Source: Armatimonadia bacterium
GTDB taxonomy: Bacteria > Armatimonadota > Zipacnadia > Zipacnadales > UBA11051
NCBI GenBank assembly: GCA_039683575.1
Contig: JBDKRC010000182.1
Coordinates: 1-29,333 of the forward strand
DNA: 29,333 nt
Direction: 5' to 3'
Part shown: one piece after another, positions 1 through 6,518 of the stretch
How the letters are laid out: every line of letters starts with the position of its first letter
Numbering within the stretch: position 1 is the stretch's first letter
Position numbers and translations under genes: made by a program
Notes under the pieces: generated by a model
Database searches by the model: none
Seen by the model: the letters and a program-made list of their open reading frames with translations, nothing else
Told to the model about the DNA's origin: nothing

Positions 1-112
1 GATCGTTGAGCGTCGAGCGATGATCGTTGATGATTGATGATTCATGATTGATGATTGATGCTGGATGCCTGATGACTGAGGATTGATGATTGATGATTGA
101 TAGTTGATGGTG
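1..112. repeat. Heptamer tandem repeat, 16 in-phase degenerate units, consensus GATGATT
   Basis: Positions 1-112 split into 16 seven-base units (gatcgtt gagcgtc gagcgat gatcgtt gatgatt gatgatt catgatt gatgatt gatgctg gatgcct gatgact gaggatt gatgatt gatgatt gatagtt gatggtg). It may extend beyond the left edge. Confidence 0.9.
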
Positions 113-140
113 AACGGCCCGGTGGTACCGGGCCGTTTTT
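113..140 (+). terminator. Rho-independent terminator of an upstream gene outside the window
   Basis: Perfect 11-bp stem AACGGCCCGGT / ACCGGGCCGTT with a GGT loop, ending in TTTTT. Confidence 0.8.
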
Positions 141-169
141 GGGTTCTAGTGAAGGAATGGGCAAGTTCC

Positions 170-189
170 GGCATGCGGAGCATGCCTAC
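170..189 (-). repeat. GTAG-type REP-like hairpin
   Basis: Minus strand reads GTAGGCATGCTCCGCATGCC: GTAG running into the 7-bp stem GGCATGC/GCATGCC. Confidence 0.55.
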
Positions 190-247
190 CACGCGTTCGA
201 GAGCATGCCTGCGACGTCTGCTGTCTCTCCTATCTTTGAGCCCTGCC

Positions 248-276
248 TCGCCATTTGAACATTTGTTTGGTATAAT
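248..276 (+). promoter_or_regulatory. Sigma70-type promoter with a putative LexA (SOS) box in the spacer
   Basis: TCGCCA (248-253), 17 bp, TATAAT (271-276) with extended -10 TG at 268-269. GAAC-ATTT-GTTT at 257-268 resembles the GAAC-N4-GTTC SOS box of Firmicutes, Actinobacteria and Chloroflexi. Confidence 0.6.
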
Positions 277-322
277 CTCCATGCGCGTATAACACGCGCG
301 AGCTTCACTCTCCCTCACTCAC

Positions 323-3154
323 ATGGACTTTGCCGCTTTTCTGCAGGAACTCCAGGACTCTCCTCGTTACCGCGGGCAGATCGTCTACTACGCCCGACAA
401 GAGCCTCGCGCCGCCCGCTATGGGCAGGTCGAGCCCCCGCTGTCGGACGCCTGCACGCGCGTGCTTGAGGGGCTTGGGATCGAGCGGCTGTACTCGCATC
501 AGGCCGATGGGCTGCGGGCTGTGAGGCAGGGGCATGATGTGCTGCTGGCCACTGGCACGGCAAGCGGGAAGTCGCTGGTCTACCAGCTTGCCATCCTCGA
601 ACTGCTGGAGCGCGACCCGGACGCGCGGGTACTGATGCTCTTTCCGCTCAAGGCCTTGGCCCAGGACCAGCTTCTGGCGCTGCAGCGGCTTTTCGCGCTG
701 GCTGGCCGTGAGGACATCCTGTGCGGCTGCTATGACGGCGACACGCCCCCGGCGATGCGGCGTAAGCTGCGCGACGAGGGCCGGGTCATCCTCACCAACC
801 CGGACATGATCCACGCGGGGCTACTGCCCCAGCACACGCGCTGGGCGGACTTCCTCGAGCGGCTGCGGCTGGTCGTGGTAGATGAAGTCCACACCTACAG
901 CGGGCTCTTCGGCGCCAACGTTGCGAACCTGTTCCGGCGTTTCCAACGCGTGCTCGGCCACTACGCCTCTTCTCCCTCTGATCCCGGTTCCCTGACCGCT
1001 GATCCCTGCCGTTTCATCTTCTGCTCGGCCACCATCGGCAACCCCGGCGAGTTGGTGACGAAGCTGACAGGCCGGCAGGTGACGGTGGTAGATGACGACG
1101 GCAGCCCCGCTGGAGCGCGGCACTGGGTCTTTTGGAACCCGCCGGTCATCTACGGCCGCAAGTACCGCGCCCGGCGCAGCGCCAACGTCGAGGCCACCGA
1201 ACTGATGGCCGAACTGGTCAGGCGCGGCGTGCCCTCGATCACCTTCTCCAAAGCCAAGATCACAGCGGAACTCATCTACCGCTACGTGAGCGACAACCTG
1301 CGAGATTCGGCTCCCGAGCTGGTCAGCAAGGTCATGCCCTACCGGGGCGGCTATCTCCCGGAGGAGCGACGCGAGATCGAGCACAAGCTATTCACCGGGG
1401 AACTGCTCGGGGTTAGCTGTACCCGCGCCCTGGAGCTGGGCATAGACATTGGCGGTCTCGACGCGAGTCTCGTGGTGGGCTATCCGGGGACACTCGCGTC
1501 CTTCTTTCAGCAAGCAGGCCGCGCCGGGCGGCGCGAGCGCGAGTCGCTGGTAGTGCTCGTCGGCCTCGACACCAGCATCAACCAGTACGTGATGGAGCAC
1601 CCCGACTACATCTTCGGCCGCCCCATCGAGGAGACCGTCCTCGACAGCGACAACCCCTTCATCATCGCTGGCCACCTGCGCTGTGCGACCCACGAGTTGC
1701 CCGTGACCGCTCCGGAAGCCACGGTATACGGCCCCGCGGCAAATGAGGCCCTGCGCGTCCTGCAGGACATGCGTAAGGTGCGGCAGGCGTCCGGGCGGTG
1801 GTACCACTCGACCGTCGAGGTGCCGCAGTTCGAGATCAGCCTGCGCGGCTCATGCGAGGCCGAACTGGTGGTGCAGGACCTCGACACCCGGGCCGTCATC
1901 GGCCACATGAACATCTATGACGCCCCGACCTACGTTCACCCGCAGGCCATCTACATGCACTATGGTGATACTTACCTGGTGGAGGAACTGGACTTCATCA
2001 GGCGAGTGGCGTGGGTTCGCAAGGTCGAGGTGGACTATTACACCCAGCCCATGGGCGGGACGGACGTCCACCACATCGACCGGCTGCTGCGCCGCAAGGA
2101 GTTCGGCCGCGGCACGGCTTCTTTCGGCGAAGTGACCGCGTACTTCAAGGTCCACGAGTTCGAGCGCATCCACTTCTACAAGCTCGATGCCTTCACTCAC
2201 GAGCCCGTCAGCCCGCCCGTGCCGACGCTGCAGCTTGAGACCATGGCAATGTGGCTCACGCCGGACGACGACCTGCTGCGGGAGGTCATCCGCAAGGGCC
2301 TCGACCCCTATAGCGGCCTGCGCGGCATCGGCTACGGCCTGCGGATGCTGCTGCCGCTGTTCGTGACCTGCGAGACCCTCGACTTCTCCCATACAGTCGG
2401 CTGCACGAACTCGCCCTGGCAGGCCACGTTCATCTATGAGCGCTACCCGCTCGGCCTCGGCTTCACCGAGCGCGCCTACGAGCGCCTGCACGAGATTCTG
2501 CCCGCGCTCCTGCAGCGCATCAGGACCTGCAAATGCCGCGAGGGCTGCCCCTGCTGCGTCGGCAAGCCGCTACGCCAGGACGCGACCTGGAACGTGGAGC
2601 GCCACGAGGGGTCGGTACCAAGCAAGAAGAGCGCCCGGATGATACTGGAATTGATGCTGGCCGACCCGGAGCGGCTGCAGCTACCGGACGAGGAGAGCCT
2701 CGGCCAGGAGGAAGAAGAGGCGCGGCTGCGGCTGGAGCGCAGCCTGCGCCGCCGTCTGGAGCGCAAAGCCTTCCCCGAGATCTTCCACGACATCGACCCC
2801 GAGCCGCCGGAGGGCTATCCGGCCCCAGAGCCGCCGAATCAAGGCCTCAGCGACACGGACGTAGCGCGGCGGGCCATGCGGCGGAGGGACCATGAGAAGG
2901 TGCGGGGAGCGGAGGCGTATCAGGAGGGGTTGAGGGAGGCGGCGCGGCAGAAAGAAGAGCCGAGGCGGCGGGTGAGGCCCTCCGAGCCCGACAGGAATAT
3001 CGCGCCGCCAGAAGCTGTCGGGCGTACACCGGACGCGGTTGGTGAGGTGGTGGAGGTGACGGACAAGAAGCCGCTTGCGGGGCGGGTGCTGGGGGACTCA
3101 GTGGCGGCGGCGGCGCTGAGAAGGAAGCGACATAAGCCGACGGAAGAGGCCTGA
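323..3154 (+). CDS. DEAD/DEAH-box SF2 helicase with C-terminal DUF1998 Zn domain (YprA/MrfA/SftH/Hrq1 family), paralog 1
   Basis: Motifs LYSHQ, TGTASGKS, PLKALAQDQ, YDGDT, TNPDM, DEVH, SAT, ALELGIDIG, QQAGRAGR; C-terminal FVTC...CKCREGCPCC; long charged tail. Confidence 0.93.
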   Translation: MDFAAFLQELQDSPRYRGQIVYYARQEPRAARYGQVEPPLSDACTRVLEGLGIERLYSHQADGLRAVRQGHDVLLATGTASGKSLVYQLAILELLERDPDARVLMLFPLKALAQDQLLALQRLFALAGREDILCGCYDGDTPPAMRRKLRDEGRVILTNPDMIHAGLLPQHTRWADFLERLRLVVVDEVHTYSGLFGANVANLFRRFQRVLGHYASSPSDPGSLTADPCRFIFCSATIGNPGELVTKLTGRQVTVVDDDGSPAGARHWVFWNPPVIYGRKYRARRSANVEATELMAELVRRGVPSITFSKAKITAELIYRYVSDNLRDSAPELVSKVMPYRGGYLPEERREIEHKLFTGELLGVSCTRALELGIDIGGLDASLVVGYPGTLASFFQQAGRAGRRERESLVVLVGLDTSINQYVMEHPDYIFGRPIEETVLDSDNPFIIAGHLRCATHELPVTAPEATVYGPAANEALRVLQDMRKVRQASGRWYHSTVEVPQFEISLRGSCEAELVVQDLDTRAVIGHMNIYDAPTYVHPQAIYMHYGDTYLVEELDFIRRVAWVRKVEVDYYTQPMGGTDVHHIDRLLRRKEFGRGTASFGEVTAYFKVHEFERIHFYKLDAFTHEPVSPPVPTLQLETMAMWLTPDDDLLREVIRKGLDPYSGLRGIGYGLRMLLPLFVTCETLDFSHTVGCTNSPWQATFIYERYPLGLGFTERAYERLHEILPALLQRIRTCKCREGCPCCVGKPLRQDATWNVERHEGSVPSKKSARMILELMLADPERLQLPDEESLGQEEEEARLRLERSLRRRLERKAFPEIFHDIDPEPPEGYPAPEPPNQGLSDTDVARRAMRRRDHEKVRGAEAYQEGLREAARQKEEPRRRVRPSEPDRNIAPPEAVGRTPDAVGEVVEVTDKKPLAGRVLGDSVAAAALRRKRHKPTEEA

Positions 3155-3198
3155 ACCATACTCAAACTGATGACAACCGTACTCAAATTGAGTATAAT
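3154..3198 (+). promoter_or_regulatory. Promoter and operator of the HTH-MNT gene
   Basis: ATGACA (3170-3175), 17 bp, TATAAT (3193-3198). Perfect palindrome TACTCAA-A-TTGAGTA (3180-3194). 17-bp direct repeat aaccRtactcaaaYtga at 3154-3170 and 3175-3191. Confidence 0.75.
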
Positions 3199-3204
3199 GC
3201 CAAC

Positions 3205-3822
3205 ATGGCTATAGCAGAACACACTCAAGGTATGCATACGCTTAACGTGCTCTTGGGCTCCGAAGCACGCGCGGCAATCCTGCGCTGGTTCTTCCTGCAC
3301 CGCGGCCAGGAGATACTCCTGCGCGAGCTGGCTGAGGCTTGTGGGCTGTCCGTGACGCCCGTTCACCGCCAGTTGGGCAAGCTGGAGCAGATCGGGCTCA
3401 TCGAGAGCCGGATGATCGGCAACTCCAAGGCCTACCGGCTCAACGAGGGCTTCCCCGGCCTCAAGGCGCTTGGCGAACTTGTGACGGCAACGGTGGGGGC
3501 GGTGCCGCTGCTGAAGGAGGCCCTCGCGCCGCTGGACGTGAAGGTTGCGTTTATCTTCGGCTCGGTCGCCCAAGGCAGAGAGACTGTGAAGAGTGATGTG
3601 GACCTGATTGTGATAGGCGATGTGGCCGGCCCCGCCCTTAGTGAGGCGATCTGGAGTGTAGAGGAGCAGCTTGGACGCGAGGTCAATCAGGTACATTACG
3701 GTGCAGCGGAGTTCAGCGAGAAGGCGACGGCCCCTTCGTCCTTCCTGAGCCATGTCCTTGGTGAGCCGAAACTATTCATCATCGGAGATGAAGATGCCCT
3801 ACGAGAGCTTGCTCAGGCGTGA
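3205..3822 (+). CDS. Winged-HTH plus minimal nucleotidyltransferase (MNT/MntA-like antitoxin)
   Basis: N-terminal HTH (LRELAEACGLSVTPVHRQLGKLEQIGLI). Pol-beta NTase motif FIFGSVAQG...SDVDLIVIG, then LGREVN. Start may be 3205 or 3232. Confidence 0.85.
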   Translation: MAIAEHTQGMHTLNVLLGSEARAAILRWFFLHRGQEILLRELAEACGLSVTPVHRQLGKLEQIGLIESRMIGNSKAYRLNEGFPGLKALGELVTATVGAVPLLKEALAPLDVKVAFIFGSVAQGRETVKSDVDLIVIGDVAGPALSEAIWSVEEQLGREVNQVHYGAAEFSEKATAPSSFLSHVLGEPKLFIIGDEDALRELAQA

Positions 3823-3962
3823 CGTCATCCGCGCCCACGGCCTCACCAACGAGTTGATCCGCAGATGAATCCACGAAATGCTCGTACTCCAGTGTGTTCC
3901 GCTTCCTGTATGAGATGAAGCTCTGGCTACAGGCTGATCACCGGGAACTGCAACCTACATGA
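3794..3962 (+). pseudogene. Probable remnant of the HEPN-type partner gene (premature stop, internal deletion, frameshift)
   Basis: GGAG plus ATG at 3794 overlaps the MNT 3' end and encodes MPYESLLRRDVIRAHGLTNELIRR* (stop 3866-3868). Another frame gives ...SVFRFLYEMKLWLQADHRELQPT* (stop 3960-3962). The pieces resemble, from recollection, the termini of small proteins that follow HTH-MNT genes. Confidence 0.5.
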
Positions 3963-3987
3963 TCCATTCAACCCCTTCGGAGCCTTC

Positions 3988-6516
3988 ATGAACGCAAAGT
4001 CACTATTGGAATCCCTCACCTTCAGCCGCCGCTATGGCGGGCAGGTCGAGCGCGTCGTCGAACTGCCCGCGCGCCCGGCGCAGTTTGGGGAGCTCTCCGA
4101 GCCCCTGAAGCTGCCCGTGCAGGCCGCGCTGGCCAATGCCGGGATCACCGACCTCTATACCCACCAGGTCTCTGCCATAGAAGAGGTTCGGCAGGGGCGC
4201 AGCATCGTGATTGTGACCGGGACGGCCAGTGGCAAGACGCTTTGCTACAATATTCCGGTGATCGAGGCCATCCTCGACGACCCGCTGGCGACTGCCCTCT
4301 TCGTCTACCCCACCAAGGCCCTCGCGCAGGATCAGTTGCGGGGCTTGGATCGTTTCAACGATGGGGCGGGCGGGACGCCCGCACTACGCGAGGAAGGCGG
4401 GCGGGACGCCGCCGCTACGCGGTGTGGGATCAACTTCATCGCCGGAACCTATGACGGCGACACGCCTGCGCCGCAGCGGCGGAAGCTGCGGGACAATGGG
4501 CAGGTGATCCTCACCAACCCCGACATGCTTCACCAGGCGATCCTGCCGCACCACTCCCGCTGGAGCAAGTATTTCTCGAACCTCAAGTACGTGGTCCTTG
4601 ATGAGGTCCACGCCTACCGCGGCGTCTTCGGGTCGCACCTGTCCAACGTCATGCGGCGGCTGCAGCGCATTTGCGAGCACTATGGCGCCTCGCCCCAGTT
4701 CATCTGCTGCTCGGCTACCATCGCCAACCCCGTCGAACACGCCTCTCGCATCGTAGGCCATGAAATGGCCCTCGTGGACGACGACGGCTCGCCGCGTGGC
4801 CCGAAGCGCTTCGTGCTGTGGAACCCGCCCATGGTCGGCGGCCCGGACTCGTCTCAGCCCTCCCCGGCCGGAGAGCGCCGTGGGCCCCTGGGTGAGGCCA
4901 TTGACCTCATGACGGCGCTGGTGCGGGAGAATGTGCAGACGATTGCCTTCGTGCGTACCCGTTTGGCCGCCGAGCTGATCTCACGCGGCGCGCGGGACAA
5001 CCTCGGGCTGGTCTCGCCACGCTTCGTAGAGAGGATTCAGGCCTATCGCGGCGGCTATCTGCCCGAGGAACGCCGTGAAATCGAGCGCCGCCTCGCCTCC
5101 GGCGACATTCTCGGCGTGGCCAGCACCAACGCCCTCGAACTGGGCATCGACATCGGCAGCCTCGATGCCTGCCTGATGGTTGGCTATCCCGGCACCATCG
5201 CCAGCGCCTGGCAGCAGGCCGGGCGGGCCGGGCGTGGGGCCGAGGAGGCCCTGATCTTCCTCATCGGCGACAACGCCCCCATAGATCAGTACCTGATGAA
5301 CCACTCGGACTATCTCTTCGACCAGAACCCCGAGAACGCCGTCGTTGACCCCAACAACCCCCACGTGGCCATCGGGCACATCAAGAGCGCGGCCTATGAG
5401 CTGCCCATCCCCGACGCCGAAGTGGACAGGTTCGGCGACTACGCCCTGCCGATGCTGGAGATTCTCGAAGAGCAGGAGCTGGTCAAGCACCTGCGCGGCA
5501 AGTGGTACTGGTCCAACGAAGAGTACCCCGCCGCCACGGTCAATCTGCGCAACATCGGCGGTCCCGTCTACAACATCATCGCCGCCACCGAGAACAACCG
5601 CGTCATCGGGACCATGGACGAGGTCAGCGCCTTCAGCCAGCTTCACAAGCACGCAGTGTACCTGCACGACGCGCAGAGCTACCTCGTGACTGATCTGGAC
5701 ACCGAGAACGCCATCGCCTACGTGGAAAAGCGCGACCTCGACTACTACACCCAGGCGATCACGAGCAGCCGCCTGCAGATCGAGGAGAAGGAAGAGGAAG
5801 CGCAGTGGCGCGAGTGTACGGTCGGTCTGGGCGCGGTGACGGTTACCACGACCATACCGATGTTCAAGAAGGTCAAGTACCACTCCCGCGACAGCCTGGG
5901 CTTCGAGCAGCTTGAGCTACCGCCCCAGATTCTCGAAACGATCTCCCTCTGGCTGGTACCGCCACAGGCGTGTCTCGAAGAGGTACGCCACCACAAGCTC
6001 GTGATGGCCGAGGGCCTCATCGGGATCGCCAACTGTCTCGTCGAAGTCGCCCCGATGTTCGTTATGTGTGACGTGCAGGACGTGGGCGTGGTCGTTGATG
6101 CCAGCAACCTCGGCCAGGACGCCCTCTTTCTCTATGACCGCTACCCCGGAGGCATGGGCTTCTCCGAGCGCTGCGCCGATCAGATGGAGGACCTAATACG
6201 GGCCGTGCACGAGGTCATCTCCAAGTGCCCCTGCACCGACGGCTGCCCGTCATGCGTCGGCGCGGCCCTGCCCGCCTTCGCCCTGAGTGACATAGACAGT
6301 GGCACGCGCGGCCGCATTCCCGACAAGCAGGCCGCGCTGGTCATTACCCACCAGTTACTCGGCCTGGAGCCGTACGTGCCGCGGCGGCGCGAGGACGTGG
6401 TTGAGATGGACCCGGAGCCGGAGGCTGAGAAGGCCACGGAGGAGACGGAGGCCATAGAGCCGAAGCTGCCGCTGGACTTGCGAAAGCGCCTGTCGGAACT
6501 ACGCCGCAAGGAATAG
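3988..6516 (+). CDS. DEAD/DEAH-box SF2 helicase with C-terminal DUF1998 Zn domain (YprA/MrfA family), paralog 2
   Basis: Motifs LYTHQ, TGTASGKT, PTKALAQDQ, YDGDT, TNPDMLH, DEVH, SAT, STNALELGIDIG, QQAGRAGR; FVMCD...CPCTDGCPSC. RBS GGAG upstream. Confidence 0.95.
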   Translation: MNAKSLLESLTFSRRYGGQVERVVELPARPAQFGELSEPLKLPVQAALANAGITDLYTHQVSAIEEVRQGRSIVIVTGTASGKTLCYNIPVIEAILDDPLATALFVYPTKALAQDQLRGLDRFNDGAGGTPALREEGGRDAAATRCGINFIAGTYDGDTPAPQRRKLRDNGQVILTNPDMLHQAILPHHSRWSKYFSNLKYVVLDEVHAYRGVFGSHLSNVMRRLQRICEHYGASPQFICCSATIANPVEHASRIVGHEMALVDDDGSPRGPKRFVLWNPPMVGGPDSSQPSPAGERRGPLGEAIDLMTALVRENVQTIAFVRTRLAAELISRGARDNLGLVSPRFVERIQAYRGGYLPEERREIERRLASGDILGVASTNALELGIDIGSLDACLMVGYPGTIASAWQQAGRAGRGAEEALIFLIGDNAPIDQYLMNHSDYLFDQNPENAVVDPNNPHVAIGHIKSAAYELPIPDAEVDRFGDYALPMLEILEEQELVKHLRGKWYWSNEEYPAATVNLRNIGGPVYNIIAATENNRVIGTMDEVSAFSQLHKHAVYLHDAQSYLVTDLDTENAIAYVEKRDLDYYTQAITSSRLQIEEKEEEAQWRECTVGLGAVTVTTTIPMFKKVKYHSRDSLGFEQLELPPQILETISLWLVPPQACLEEVRHHKLVMAEGLIGIANCLVEVAPMFVMCDVQDVGVVVDASNLGQDALFLYDRYPGGMGFSERCADQMEDLIRAVHEVISKCPCTDGCPSCVGAALPAFALSDIDSGTRGRIPDKQAALVITHQLLGLEPYVPRRREDVVEMDPEPEAEKATEETEAIEPKLPLDLRKRLSELRRKE
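4365..4421 (-). repeat. Two tandem GTAG-type REP-like hairpins inside the helicase 2 CDS
   Basis: 26-bp direct repeats ggcgggcgggacgcc-cgca-ctacgcg (4365-4390) and ggcgggcgggacgcc-gccg-ctacgcg (4396-4421). Minus strand reads GTAG followed by a GC-rich hairpin. Confidence 0.7.
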
Positions 6517-6518
6517 CT

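Noticed and set aside
323-6516. DISARM or Druantia defence system
   Set aside because: No methyltransferase, PLD nuclease, SNF2 helicase or other Drm/Dru genes; the helicases are the fused YprA type.
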